Positions 26,124 through 36,857 of a stretch of 57,386 nt of DNA are shown here, piece after piece (the first letter of the stretch is position 1; each line of letters starts with the position of its first letter). The stretch lies in IMG/VR virus record IMGVR_UViG_3300010157_000038; one strand, written 5' to 3'. Origin of the DNA: an uncultured virus (IMG/VR IMGVR_UViG_3300010157_000038). Taxonomy: Duplodnaviria; Heunggongvirae; Uroviricota; Caudoviricetes. The notes below the pieces were generated by a model. The model saw only the letters and a list, made by a program, of their open reading frames with translations, did no database searches and had not been told where the DNA came from. The translations under genes were made by a program, and so were the position numbers.

Positions 26124-26666
26124 TTAGAGTGTCTCAAAGTCTTCAAACGCAACAGAAACTGAATATTTTTGAACAGTATTGTCTGAGTTATTATCAAGAG
26201 TGATTGAACTAAAAGTTGTAGGAAATGCTTTCTTCAAACGGACACCGTAAACGACGTTATCGTCTTGTGATCCATTTTTAGCCTTTGCCAATTGGTATAT
26301 ATTAATCGTTCCACCGTAGTCGGCCTGATAACCTACTCTATACGTATTAAAATTAATGACTAGTCCGGACCACTGATCAAACAACTTACGAACTATGTAG
26401 TCGTTGGTAAGAATAAAATTAAACGTTACTTCGTCATTAATATATCCATTCGCTATCTTTTGATTCTGCCTAATCGATTGATAATCTGCTGTCAATATCT
26501 GTCTACTCGGTAAAGTACAGCTCTCACAAAGTATTGTAAAGTCGCGAGTGTCGCCAGATACTTTAGTCGGTGGAGTTATTTCGATTTTAAATCTATTTTG
26601 AAATGCAACACCGCCGCGTTTTGAGATAACTGACTTTAAACTGTCAATACTGTTATTATTAGACAT
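26124..26666 (-). CDS. Tail tube initiator-like (gp54/gp19 fold)
   Basis: GGVAFQNRF, LCESCTLP, FDQW, AFPT. Confidence 0.7.
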   Translation of the reverse strand: MSNNNSIDSLKSVISKRGGVAFQNRFKIEITPPTKVSGDTRDFTILCESCTLPSRQILTADYQSIRQNQKIANGYINDEVTFNFILTNDYIVRKLFDQWSGLVINFNTYRVGYQADYGGTINIYQLAKAKNGSQDDNVVYGVRLKKAFPTTFSSITLDNNSDNTVQKYSVSVAFEDFETL

Positions 26667-26674
26667 ATTATGTT

Positions 26675-27274
26675 CTATTTTGAAGACTTATATGCAGATT
26701 GTGATTCTCTCCAAACAGTCGTCTTGTTTGCCTTTGCAAACTGTTCAACCGGTAAGAAGATTGCGATCTCCCAATCAGGCGCATAGACCTGAGCAACTCT
26801 GCTCTTGATATGATCTGAAAGATAGTGTTTTAAACACGGTTGAAATTCTCTAAATCTCCTTACTGAAGAAAGCAATTTATAAGTTAAACGTAATTTGCTT
26901 CTTTCGTCGAGTTTCTTATCCGACATCGTAAAAATAAGTTTATCTAAAAACTTTGCTCTTATTTCTGGTCGAAGATAATGTAGATTTAAGCCTAAAAACC
27001 CGCCCTCTGCCTTCTGTAATGCAATGACTAAAGGAAACTTATCATAATACGGTAGTGTATCTTTATGCTTTGGGTCATATACAAACATGAACATGTGACC
27101 CCAGATCGGTCTAGAACGAAGCTTTAAAGCTTCATCTTTTAATAGAGCATTCCGATTAATCCGGCCGTTGAGTTCCTTTATTTTCTCAAAGAACCACTTT
27201 CTTGCATTCTGAGATCGCAGCTTATAACCTGCGTCTTGAACACCAGTCCTTAGTTTTTCGAATAAAGAAGCCAT
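26675..27274 (-). CDS. gp2: DNA end protector protein
   Basis: YDPKHKDTLPYYDKFPL, GLNLHYL, CLKHYL; late promoter 27280-27287. Confidence 0.95.
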   Translation of the reverse strand: MASLFEKLRTGVQDAGYKLRSQNARKWFFEKIKELNGRINRNALLKDEALKLRSRPIWGHMFMFVYDPKHKDTLPYYDKFPLVIALQKAEGGFLGLNLHYLRPEIRAKFLDKLIFTMSDKKLDERSKLRLTYKLLSSVRRFREFQPCLKHYLSDHIKSRVAQVYAPDWEIAIFLPVEQFAKANKTTVWRESQSAYKSSK

Positions 27275-27294
27275 TGGCCTATTTATATAGGTTT

Positions 27295-27738
27295 TTAAAG
27301 AATTGTAATACCTAACTTTCTTAACGTATCTTCTGTCCAGACAACAAATTCCCAGCCTCTATCCAAGGCATACTGTTCGGCAGATTCCCATTTTGAGACA
27401 TTCTTTGCGTATGTCATGACCTCAGTGATATAACGCTTGCTTTGCCTCTGTTGCCTTCTTGGAGGTTGTGTCTCTTTTGCAGGTTTAATTTCAATCAAAA
27501 AGGTTTTTTTATCGGCAAATAATACTTTAAAATCAACAAAATACCGATGTAATCTGCCGTCAGTCTTGCATCTGTACGGTATAACAACTTCCTCAGAAGA
27601 CCATTGAATGATGTCGGCGTGTTCATCAAAGAACCTCATTACTTGCCTTTCCCACAGCGAACGGTATACGATCTTTGTGGGATCCCCTTTATATTTCGAT
27701 GGATTTCGAGGCGAGAAGCGACCTTTATAAGTTTGCAT
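27295..27738 (-). CDS. gp4: Head completion nuclease
   Basis: NPSKYKGD, YRSLWE, WSSEE, HRYFVDF, EIKP. Confidence 0.95.
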   Translation of the reverse strand: MQTYKGRFSPRNPSKYKGDPTKIVYRSLWERQVMRFFDEHADIIQWSSEEVVIPYRCKTDGRLHRYFVDFKVLFADKKTFLIEIKPAKETQPPRRQQRQSKRYITEVMTYAKNVSKWESAEQYALDRGWEFVVWTEDTLRKLGITIL

Positions 27739-27745
27739 ATAAATA
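27738..27745 (+). promoter_or_regulatory. T4-type late promoter
   Basis: TATAAATA upstream of gp48. Confidence 0.8.
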
Positions 27746-27767
27746 GTTAAAGTAATTATTACTATTT

Positions 27768-28586
27768 ATGTCTAATATCTCGGCAGCTCAAATCACACCT
27801 ACTACGTCTGTTTCTGCCAAAGCGTCCGCCTCGATATACGTGTTTCCTTCAGAGTTGCGTGATTCTACCAAGGAGTATCCATACATGTGCTTCTCAATCC
27901 CTAGTGAGGCAGCCGCAGCAGACATATATGTTCCAATACCAGCTGGGCTGACCTTCTCGGATTCCATGGTATATTCTACCATCAATCTTGGTATTATTGG
28001 CAATATAGCCAAGGAAACGATCAATCAGGCCAAAACTGGAGAGGGTTTAGTAGGCACTCTAACAGCCGGTGTAGGAGGACTAGCTTCCAGCACATTGGAT
28101 AAAGCCAAGAAGCTCAACGTAGCGGCAGCTGCGTCGATTGCCGCTAGAGTCGCTCGACAAGACAATATAGCCGATATCATTGATTATAGCACTAAGCAAC
28201 TGATAGCGCCGAATACAAATACTACCTTTCAGGGTTCAACTATTAGGAATTTTAACTTTACCTTTAAGCTAGTAGCAAAAAGCCAGCAGGAGGCTAAAAT
28301 CATTGATAATATGATAAAGCAGTTTAGGACATACATGTACGCAAAAGGTAATGACGTTATCATGGAATACCCACCGCTTTGGTCAATAAAGTTCTATAAT
28401 TCTAATGGAAATGAGAATACACACATACCTAAGATATACGTGTCGTACTTACAATCCATGACTACCACATATAACTCAGGAACTAACATATTCCATGACG
28501 ATGGCAGTCCGTTTGAAGTAGATGTATCAATCGGCTTTCAAGAATCCAAGGCTCTCAATCGTACTGAAATTCTTAATCTTTTATAA
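27768..28586 (+). CDS. gp48: Baseplate tail-tube cap
   Basis: PNT..TFQG..IRNFNFTFKL, YPP, DGSP; position. Confidence 0.75.
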   Translation: MSNISAAQITPTTSVSAKASASIYVFPSELRDSTKEYPYMCFSIPSEAAAADIYVPIPAGLTFSDSMVYSTINLGIIGNIAKETINQAKTGEGLVGTLTAGVGGLASSTLDKAKKLNVAAAASIAARVARQDNIADIIDYSTKQLIAPNTNTTFQGSTIRNFNFTFKLVAKSQQEAKIIDNMIKQFRTYMYAKGNDVIMEYPPLWSIKFYNSNGNENTHIPKIYVSYLQSMTTTYNSGTNIFHDDGSPFEVDVSIGFQESKALNRTEILNLL

Positions 28587-28589
28587 GCC

Positions 28590-29423
28590 ATGCCTTACTT
28601 CCGTCAATTTCCTAAGATAACATACGATTTCCTTAACAGTGGAATCAATACGAACATCACTGATATATTTCGGTTTGTTACGCCAGACGTCTCATTCTTA
28701 GACGATATCTCGGTTTATCAATACTATCAGATCACCGATGGCGATCGACCTGACGTCGTATCTAACACGCTGTATGGTACGCCTGATTACTATTGGTCAT
28801 TCTTTCTTTGCAATGATTCCTTGAAACAAGGAGGTCTAGCTCAATGGCCAATGAGTAGTCAACAGTTTGAGGAGTACATGAGCAATGAGTACGATGGCAC
28901 TTGTCTTATCACTCGTCCGAGCATTGAGCGCGACTTGTATGGTACGATCTTAGACTATCGCGATTCCTTAGCAAATAGGTTTAAGATAGGTGAAACAATC
29001 ACTGGAACCATATCGGGTGCGACTGGCACATTAGTGGCGAAGAATACTCAATTGAGTCAGTTAATCCTTGGTAATGTTACAGGAACTTTCATAGGCAATA
29101 CCGTCGGCGATATCACCGTGAGTGAGCAAGTAATTGGATCTGTAACATCGGATATCGTATCGACGTATACTGTCGCTCCTTACAGATACGCACCACATCA
29201 CTACGTAGATGTGAATGGTCTCATATCGTATAACGCGTTGTTCATCGATGAAACCGGAACTGCGACAGGCGTGCAAGTAGGAACATCAAATGGAGATCTA
29301 ACTGCGATCACAAATGAGGAGTATGAAAACTCATTGAATGACGCGCGTTCTACTATTCGCGTAGTCCGTCCTACTGAAATCTATGATTTTGCTCAGTCAT
29401 TCAGTAAAAAACTAAATGGCTAA
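28590..29423 (+). CDS. gp53: Baseplate wedge subunit
   Basis: YFRQFPKITY, GDRPDVVS..LYG..YYW, WPMS. Confidence 0.9.
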   Translation: MPYFRQFPKITYDFLNSGINTNITDIFRFVTPDVSFLDDISVYQYYQITDGDRPDVVSNTLYGTPDYYWSFFLCNDSLKQGGLAQWPMSSQQFEEYMSNEYDGTCLITRPSIERDLYGTILDYRDSLANRFKIGETITGTISGATGTLVAKNTQLSQLILGNVTGTFIGNTVGDITVSEQVIGSVTSDIVSTYTVAPYRYAPHHYVDVNGLISYNALFIDETGTATGVQVGTSNGDLTAITNEEYENSLNDARSTIRVVRPTEIYDFAQSFSKKLNG

Positions 29424-30780
29424 TATCTCAAACATCTCAGTCAATACTTCGCAGGCATTAGTGCCTACGTCGTATTCTCTCCAGCAAGTTACTATCACTA
29501 ACCACGCTGGAAAGCAGAATGATATAAAGGCACTAGTGACCGATTTTACGATCACTGAGAGTGTATATCGTTCTGCTCTCGTATTGAGCATGAATGTAAA
29601 AGATCCACTGAACCTCATAGAAGAACTACAGTTAACGGGTCAAGAGGTCATTAATGTAGTCCTCGCTAGAGCCGAGTTTGGATCAAACGATCAAGTCACA
29701 ATAGATCTCAATTTTTATGTTAGTGAGTATCCTCTGCTTGGTAAGTATGATACTCGATTGCAGGTTTATACCATCAGAGGCGTCACAGAACACGCCTTTA
29801 TATCAAACTTGAAGAAGATTTCCCGAGCGTTCTCAGGAAACATTAATGATTTTGTTCAACAAGTCTTAACTCAAGATCTCAATGTATCTACAGATTCTAT
29901 TAATGCTTCTGCTTCTGCTTCTCCTATTATTACGTTCATTGTACCAAATTTAAGTCCTTTAGATGCAATCAGCTGGGCATTAAGAAGGTCATTTGATTCG
30001 ACTGGCAGTCCTTACTACTGTTTTCAGACTTTGGATGGCACGATTCATATCCAAAGTCAAACGGACATGATTTCTCAAGAATCATACAAAGAGTACATTG
30101 ACGCCAAGTTCTATGAGTATGTCCAAGATGGTAAGACGGACGCGCAATCGGCGTACGAGGAGAGGTCTAAAAGGATCCTTTCGATTGCGTCTGAATTGAA
30201 GATGTCCAAATACATTTCAGCCAAAAATGGTGCATTTGCTTCCAAGACTCAGTACTTAGACCTATCGACCAAGTCGTTGTTACAACAAAACTTTAATTAT
30301 AGCGATACGTTCTCAAAAATGACGGTGATTGATAAGTTCTCGGTGCTGTCACCATCCTTTAAACCAGAGAACACGTCGGACACACTCGCGGGTTATCCAA
30401 ACTCAAAAGTCAATTACATATCCACGAATAGTATGTCCTTTGATAAAGCAAATAACTATAACTCGGCAACTACGGCGACTTCTATCAATAAGGCTCAGTG
30501 TTATACAGAAAATCTTGAGACGCTGACTCACGATGTAACACTGGCAGGTGACTTTCAGCTAGTCTCAGGCAGTGTCATAAGTCTTAAATTGCCACCTTCG
30601 ATCGATCCACAGGTCAAAACAAAGAACTCCAATGCCAAGGGCGACCTAAAGAAAGATATATTCTTCTCAGGTAATTACTTAGTTACATCGGTGGTTCATA
30701 ACTTTGCTGAAGAGTACACGGTGGATCTAAAAGTAAAGAAAGATTCACTATCGTTTGATCTATCAGTAGTTACATCATGA
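29416..30780 (+). CDS. Baseplate hub protein (gp27-like position)
   Basis: Between gp53 and gp5; SGNYLVTSVVH C-terminal motif. Confidence 0.65.
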   Translation: MANISNISVNTSQALVPTSYSLQQVTITNHAGKQNDIKALVTDFTITESVYRSALVLSMNVKDPLNLIEELQLTGQEVINVVLARAEFGSNDQVTIDLNFYVSEYPLLGKYDTRLQVYTIRGVTEHAFISNLKKISRAFSGNINDFVQQVLTQDLNVSTDSINASASASPIITFIVPNLSPLDAISWALRRSFDSTGSPYYCFQTLDGTIHIQSQTDMISQESYKEYIDAKFYEYVQDGKTDAQSAYEERSKRILSIASELKMSKYISAKNGAFASKTQYLDLSTKSLLQQNFNYSDTFSKMTVIDKFSVLSPSFKPENTSDTLAGYPNSKVNYISTNSMSFDKANNYNSATTATSINKAQCYTENLETLTHDVTLAGDFQLVSGSVISLKLPPSIDPQVKTKNSNAKGDLKKDIFFSGNYLVTSVVHNFAEEYTVDLKVKKDSLSFDLSVVTS

Positions 30781-32174
30781 ACAATAACTCTTTCGATCAA
30801 TTCATAGGCGGCCAATTCTCTTGGTTCACTGGAGTCGTGGAGGATATCATCGATCCTCAACAGATGGGTCGTATTAGAGTACGTTGTTTTGGTTACCATA
30901 TTGACGATAAGTCTCAGATACCGACTGCTTCCTTACCTTGGGCGCTAGTTATGACGCCGATTACTTCGGCATCCATGTCAGGAGTCGGAACATCTGCGAC
31001 AGGCATTCTTCAAGGGTCATGGGTGATCGGGTTCTTCCGCGATGGTCCTTCTGCACAGGATCCGATCGTGTTAGGTACGATTCCATCGATATCGACAGGC
31101 GGAGATCCAACGAGAGGTTTCTCGGATCCAGATAACGCGAATCCAAAGAATCCTGGACAAATTGACACACCGACTGAGGCCACGATCTCCTTTAAGAATG
31201 CGACGAGTTATGTGCTAAGGAACGACTTAAAGCAAACGAAGATTGAGACTGCGATTCCACCTAAAGTATCTTCAGTTGCTGTCGATAACCCTGATTCTTA
31301 TTACACGAGACAGACATGGAGTAATTGGGATGTCTCTAAAGTCGTAAATCCAGTGTATCCAAAGAATCAAGTATTTCACTCGGAATCAGGGCACGTGAAA
31401 GAAATAGACGATACTCCTGGCTACGAGCGCCTGTTCGAGATGCATAAGTCTGGAACTTACACTGAAATAGATGCGATAGGCAATAAGACAACCACGATCG
31501 TGGGTAAAAACTATCAAGTAGTGCTCAGTGATGACAACATCTACATTAAAGGAAATGCGAATCTAACAGTGGATGGAGACTTTAGGCAGCTGGTCAAGGG
31601 TAATTACTTCCTTGAGGTGGAAGGCAATAAGACCGAATACATCAAGGGTTCTAGACAATCAAAAGTTGGATTGTCAGATCAAACCGAGATCGGTCAGGAC
31701 ATGGCTTCAAACGTGAAAGCAAATAGAGTCTCAAGGGTCGGTGGTGATACGACTGTCATACGAGATGGTAACAAGTCTGAAACGATTGGTAAGAACGATA
31801 GTGTCATGGTATCAGGTAACGTCAGTAACATAACACTGGGTACTTTCCAACAGTACGTTGGTAGCCACCTAGAAGTTACGACGAGTGGTCACTTAATACT
31901 CGTATCGAGCCTAGATATGTCCATTGAGACGACAAACACGCTACTAATATCTGCTGATCAAGCAGTTACTCAACACTACGGTAGCACTCTCGCCATTACG
32001 ACCGTCGGAGGCGTGACGGAGACATTCGGTGGAAGTCTTACAACTTCCGCAAGCGGAACGATGAGTATTGAATCGAGTGGAAATGCCACGATCGGGTCGT
32101 CTGGCGGTCAAGCGACAGTAGTAGCTGGCGGTGGAAACGTCGTGCTCTCACCTTCGGGTCAAGTCATACTGTAA
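30777..32174 (+). CDS. gp5: Baseplate hub/tail spike
   Basis: WFTGVVED..DP..GRIRVR OB fold, YPKN..SESGH..EIDDTPG, beta-helix repeats. Confidence 0.92.
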   Translation: MNNNSFDQFIGGQFSWFTGVVEDIIDPQQMGRIRVRCFGYHIDDKSQIPTASLPWALVMTPITSASMSGVGTSATGILQGSWVIGFFRDGPSAQDPIVLGTIPSISTGGDPTRGFSDPDNANPKNPGQIDTPTEATISFKNATSYVLRNDLKQTKIETAIPPKVSSVAVDNPDSYYTRQTWSNWDVSKVVNPVYPKNQVFHSESGHVKEIDDTPGYERLFEMHKSGTYTEIDAIGNKTTTIVGKNYQVVLSDDNIYIKGNANLTVDGDFRQLVKGNYFLEVEGNKTEYIKGSRQSKVGLSDQTEIGQDMASNVKANRVSRVGGDTTVIRDGNKSETIGKNDSVMVSGNVSNITLGTFQQYVGSHLEVTTSGHLILVSSLDMSIETTNTLLISADQAVTQHYGSTLAITTVGGVTETFGGSLTTSASGTMSIESSGNATIGSSGGQATVVAGGGNVVLSPSGQVIL

Positions 32175-32184
32175 TAATAATAAT

Positions 32185-33411
32185 ATGTCTTTAATAATAC
32201 CTACAATCTCGAGTGTTACGACCTTGCCAGGTTTATCTACACTGCCTTCGAGTGCCTCTTTGCCTGATTTTACGAGCTTGTTAAAACCACCCACGCCTAG
32301 TCTATCGAGTCTTGCTGGAGCGGGTCCTAGCCTGACGAGCGCGATATCAGGACTCTCAAGCTTAAGTGGATTATCTTCAGGGTCATCGGTCATACCAACG
32401 CTGCCAACACTGCCTGGCATACCTGGCTTACCTGTCGTTAATTTAACCTGCGGTCAAAATGAAACACTCGCGCAATTGGATAACATTCGATCCAATATCA
32501 TGGGTCTATTGGCTAATAAGAAAGCAGGTCTTTTAGCCCTGGCGTCTCAGATACCACAAGCACAAGGCTTACTCTCTCAGCTTCAGCAGAAACAAGAGTT
32601 ACTTTATTCTTTACAGAACGACATTGCATCTCTTCAAGCTTCACATTATTCGCCTGAGTCGATCCTTTCCTTTGCAAATCGTTGGGGATCAATGATACCA
32701 AACGCTCAGTTGCAGTCAATTCTTGCCACTATCAATAATTCGATTAGTTCTGGTAATGGATTAGATATCTGTGGAAGCATACCAAACCTAAATATTAATC
32801 CTGTAACAAATGCAGTGGTGCAGCTCGCACCAGTGTCTTACACTCCGAATATTGCTCCTATCGCTGCGTCGCCTCTAGTGGCAACAGTCATTGATAATAC
32901 TCAGGCAGTCAGTACTGGTAATAGTTCTGAAAAATATCAAGTTATTACTGATTTTGCACAGAATTTATATACGCCAGTTGAAAAACAAGTTTGGGACCCT
33001 CTTCACGCTCAAAAGGATAGTCTTGTTAAAGCGTTTCAGAAGGCGCTGATAGATGCAGCTCCGCTATTTGCAAAGATCAAGAAATATGGAAAAAATTCCA
33101 AACAGCTTAACGACGCAGGTCTATTGACACCAGCGGATTTGCAGTTAAGAGATGCTTATAACAAGGCAAGACAGCCGTGCGTAAACTATAACTATGCAGA
33201 ACCAAACGTGGTATATTGGTTCTATTACTATCAAAAACTTATTAATGGACAAATTACTCAAAGCGCCTTTGACGCCAAAAGAAAGTCTTTTGTGGAAGAT
33301 ACTAATTTCGCTTTGTTTGTTCGATACATCGTATTAACTGAGAAAATCGTAGATTTAAACAAAGATACCGTAAAGAGATATTGGTACTATTCTGACAACA
33401 GAAGTCAATAA
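32185..33411 (+). CDS. Hypothetical protein with S/P/T/L-rich N-terminus
   Basis: ATG 32185; between gp5 and gp25. Confidence 0.7.
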   Translation: MSLIIPTISSVTTLPGLSTLPSSASLPDFTSLLKPPTPSLSSLAGAGPSLTSAISGLSSLSGLSSGSSVIPTLPTLPGIPGLPVVNLTCGQNETLAQLDNIRSNIMGLLANKKAGLLALASQIPQAQGLLSQLQQKQELLYSLQNDIASLQASHYSPESILSFANRWGSMIPNAQLQSILATINNSISSGNGLDICGSIPNLNINPVTNAVVQLAPVSYTPNIAPIAASPLVATVIDNTQAVSTGNSSEKYQVITDFAQNLYTPVEKQVWDPLHAQKDSLVKAFQKALIDAAPLFAKIKKYGKNSKQLNDAGLLTPADLQLRDAYNKARQPCVNYNYAEPNVVYWFYYYQKLINGQITQSAFDAKRKSFVEDTNFALFVRYIVLTEKIVDLNKDTVKRYWYYSDNRSQ

Positions 33412-33417
33412 AATACT

Positions 33418-33425
33418 TATAAATA
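33418..33425 (+). promoter_or_regulatory. T4-type late promoter
   Basis: TATAAATA upstream of gp25. Confidence 0.8.
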
Positions 33426-33443
33426 GAGTATTATTACCCATAA

Positions 33444-33887
33444 ATGAGCGTCGCACTATCAGATTACAATGTCAGAAATCGAGTGTCTGCGGTCGTGTCA
33501 AAACAGAAGCCATATTCGGATTTGGATATGTCTTTGGACATAAACCCCTCGACTCGTGATATCGTGCCATTTTATGACATAGCTGCGGTCAAGAACTCAG
33601 TAAAGAACTTAATCCTTACAAGCTTTTCAGAAAGGCCATTCGATCCTGAGTATGGGTCTAATTTAACGGCACTTTTGTTCGAACCCGTAGATAAATTTAC
33701 TCGAAATTCATTAAAAAACGCTATTATTCGAGTCATTTCCGTCTATGAACCTCGCGTAGATTCACTAGTTGTAGAGGTCGACGATCAACCAGACAACAAT
33801 AGGTATCAAGTAACCCTAGGTTTTCGAGTTATTACATTGAATCATTCGGTCGTCAATATGGATGTATATTTACTCAGGATCAGGTAA
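33444..33887 (+). CDS. gp25: Baseplate wedge subunit
   Basis: AVKNSVKNLILT..ERPFDPEYGS..LLFE, YEPRV. Confidence 0.95.
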   Translation: MSVALSDYNVRNRVSAVVSKQKPYSDLDMSLDINPSTRDIVPFYDIAAVKNSVKNLILTSFSERPFDPEYGSNLTALLFEPVDKFTRNSLKNAIIRVISVYEPRVDSLVVEVDDQPDNNRYQVTLGFRVITLNHSVVNMDVYLLRIR

Positions 33888-33911
33888 TAATCACTATTAA
33901 ATCTTTCTATT

Positions 33912-35741
33912 ATGCCTCAATTTAACGTTACCAACTTGGATTATGACCAGATAAAAACCAATATGATCGAGTATTTCTCGTCATTAGGTGGTGCATATAA
34001 TGATTGGAACTTTGAAGGAGCGGGTCTGTCTCAATTGATGACGATTTTGGCATATAACACGCACTATAACGCCATGATCGCTCAGCTGTCGCTGAATGAG
34101 GTGTTCTTAAACTCAGCGCAATTGAGAGGTAATGTTGTATCGGCGGCCAAGACCCTTGGGTATACACCTAGATCTTTAAAGGCTTCCAGTGCGGTCGTAA
34201 ACATAACAGTGAATGCTTCAGGGACGCCTCCTGCGTATCTAGATCTACAGCGTGGCACTCGTTTTACGGCGAGTACAAACTCCGAGCAATACACCTTTGT
34301 CGTATTGGATACTCAGGAAGCTGCAAATCAGTCAAATAGCTACAGCTTTAATAACGTTAAGATCACTCAAGGCATACTCAAACGCATGCTTTATGTCGTT
34401 GATCCAACCGTGATCCGTCAGATGTATGTCATACCTGATATGAACGTTGATATGACGACTGTAAGAGTCCGAGTAAAAGCGAATACACAATCTGACAGTT
34501 ATACGATATTTACACCATTCGTGACTCTTTCAGGTATTGGTTCAACCTCACAGATCTACTTCTCTCAAGAGAACAACCAGGGTCAATACGAGTTATACTT
34601 TGGAGACGGAGTCATTGGTAAAGCATTGGAAGCCAACAATATAGTAGAAATTGAGTACATTTATACCGATGGAACTATTGCAAATGGCGCGAGCGCTTTC
34701 ACTGCAGTCGATACGATAGGTGGCTACAACACGATTAGCGTAAGCGTCGTATCGAGTTCGACAGGCGGAGCGGTCGCTGAAAGTATTGAGTCGATTCGTT
34801 TCAACGCACCACTGTCTTATATCACTCAAAATCGTGCAGTGACTGCCGACGATTATAGATCTTTAATTCTAGCGGGCGTCGGTAACATCCAATCGATATC
34901 GGTATGGGGTGGGGAAGACTCAGTCATTCCTGACTATGGTAAGGTTTACATCTGTATTAAACCGACTGGAGCTGCCGCTTTAACTACTGCTGAAAAGAAT
35001 AATATTACTTCAAACATCTTGAAGGGTAAGAATGTAGTTTCAATCACTCCAATCATAGTTGATCCTGACTATACGTATATCACGCTACAAGTATTCTTTA
35101 AGTATAATCCTAACTTGACTGATTTAAGCTTAATCGATCTTCAGTCGGTCGTTCGTAACACAATCACGAGATACAACAGCGATAAGCTAGAGAGCTTCCA
35201 AGGAGTGTTCCGTTACTCTGAGTTCTTAAGAGCCATCGACGCTTCTGACTCCTCGATCATCAATTCAGACGCGATCGTAAAGATGTATAAGACAGTCACG
35301 CCATTGAATACGGTAAATAACACATTTAACATTCAGTATTCAGCTTCAATCATGATCTCGAATACGACTGACTCATTGATTGCCTCAAGCTCGTTCTTGA
35401 TCAATGGAGTTACTTGTTACTTTGGAGACTCACCTATTAATAATTCAATCGATCGTACAGTATTTGTTTATAAGTTAGTAAACGGTAAACCAGTCATACT
35501 TTATAACGTAGGTAATATCGATTCAGCAAATGGTATTATTAATATCTCATCATTTAGACCGGACACTACTACACCAATTCAAATCATGGTTCCATCGAGC
35601 TCGAATGATCTCGCACCAAAGAGGAACCAGCTATTAGAGATTGATCTCACTCAGACAATCGTCATTGGTTCTATCGATACTATCGCAGTCAGTGGTTCAG
35701 CAGGCGCAATTAACTACCAGACACCAGCTACTAACATATAA
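33912..35741 (+). CDS. gp6: Baseplate wedge subunit
   Basis: LAYNTHYNA, FGDGVIGK, QNRAVTADDY, VWGGED. Confidence 0.95.
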   Translation: MPQFNVTNLDYDQIKTNMIEYFSSLGGAYNDWNFEGAGLSQLMTILAYNTHYNAMIAQLSLNEVFLNSAQLRGNVVSAAKTLGYTPRSLKASSAVVNITVNASGTPPAYLDLQRGTRFTASTNSEQYTFVVLDTQEAANQSNSYSFNNVKITQGILKRMLYVVDPTVIRQMYVIPDMNVDMTTVRVRVKANTQSDSYTIFTPFVTLSGIGSTSQIYFSQENNQGQYELYFGDGVIGKALEANNIVEIEYIYTDGTIANGASAFTAVDTIGGYNTISVSVVSSSTGGAVAESIESIRFNAPLSYITQNRAVTADDYRSLILAGVGNIQSISVWGGEDSVIPDYGKVYICIKPTGAAALTTAEKNNITSNILKGKNVVSITPIIVDPDYTYITLQVFFKYNPNLTDLSLIDLQSVVRNTITRYNSDKLESFQGVFRYSEFLRAIDASDSSIINSDAIVKMYKTVTPLNTVNNTFNIQYSASIMISNTTDSLIASSSFLINGVTCYFGDSPINNSIDRTVFVYKLVNGKPVILYNVGNIDSANGIINISSFRPDTTTPIQIMVPSSSNDLAPKRNQLLEIDLTQTIVIGSIDTIAVSGSAGAINYQTPATNI

Positions 35742-35744
35742 TAC

Positions 35745-36836
35745 ATGTCTACGTATCTTATCGAAAGTACAGCCAGCGTTAGAAAGCAGAGCAAGGAGAA
35801 CCTGCGCGTTGAGTCATTGATACCTGAGCAGATACGCCAGAACATTGAGAATCCAAACAACTTAAATTTAGTTCAGTTACTTAAGGACTACTACACATAT
35901 TTAAATCAAAATGGTCAGGCGTCGTTTGCATTGAATACTATTCAGCAAGCGAGAGACCTCGATTCAGTAGATAACAACTACTTGAATCTGATTCAAACTG
36001 AAATAGCGGTATCGATTCCTCGCGCAATTACGACCGATAGAGTAACTCTATATAAGAACTTAATTCGTTACTACTCAATGAGAGGCTCTGAAGAGTCTAT
36101 CTCATTGTTCTTCAAGATCTTATACAGTGACGAGGTTACGATCAGTTATCCAAAAAATGTATTATTGATCCCATCGTCAGGAAACTGGGACACTAGCTAT
36201 CGTACTCCTATCTATGACGATATGGGAGCGCTGACTGGTTATTCTCAGGGTGCTTATACGAATAACTTAGGGTTTCTCTCAGATACGATTAAACTTCAAG
36301 ACTCCTATTACTATCAAAAGTTCTCGTACGTGATCAATACGGGCAACAATATAACGATATGGAACGACACGTTTAAGAAGCTGGTTCACCCGGCTGGATT
36401 CATATATTTTGGTCAGATATTGATACTTTTATACCCGACAGAGGTAGTAAACTATAATCCATACACGAATAATCTATTATCAATGATGCCGTTGGAGCAG
36501 CCCGGCATCATCACGTCCTTGGACTACCCATTGATTCTGATCATTCAGCCAAATGGCGGTATAGACAACATCACTCAAAACACCTTTTATGATACCGTTG
36601 GAGTCACAAATGTTGCGTATGACTCATCGAGTTATAGTATGTCTATCGTAATTCCTTCAGGAACTGATCACAGTGAATTGATCCATTTCTATGATCAATG
36701 CTCAGTCTATCAATACGCTACAGTTACTTTCGAGACTCAAATAACTTTATACCCTTGGGATGATTATACCATCTCAGACGTTATAAATAATTCATACACT
36801 TGGAACAATACCTCACTCGGCGTCATACTTACCTAG
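35745..36836 (+). CDS. gp7: Baseplate wedge initiator-like
   Basis: RGSEES..FFKILY, LQDSYYYQKFSY, VHPAGF. Confidence 0.75.
   Translation: MSTYLIESTASVRKQSKENLRVESLIPEQIRQNIENPNNLNLVQLLKDYYTYLNQNGQASFALNTIQQARDLDSVDNNYLNLIQTEIAVSIPRAITTDRVTLYKNLIRYYSMRGSEESISLFFKILYSDEVTISYPKNVLLIPSSGNWDTSYRTPIYDDMGALTGYSQGAYTNNLGFLSDTIKLQDSYYYQKFSYVINTGNNITIWNDTFKKLVHPAGFIYFGQILILLYPTEVVNYNPYTNNLLSMMPLEQPGIITSLDYPLILIIQPNGGIDNITQNTFYDTVGVTNVAYDSSSYSMSIVIPSGTDHSELIHFYDQCSVYQYATVTFETQITLYPWDDYTISDVINNSYTWNNTSLGVILT
36782..36789 (+). promoter_or_regulatory. Intragenic late promoter for gp8
   Basis: TATAAATA near the 3' end of the gp7-like gene. Confidence 0.6.
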
Positions 36837-36857
36837 TAATTATAATAAGATACCAAC

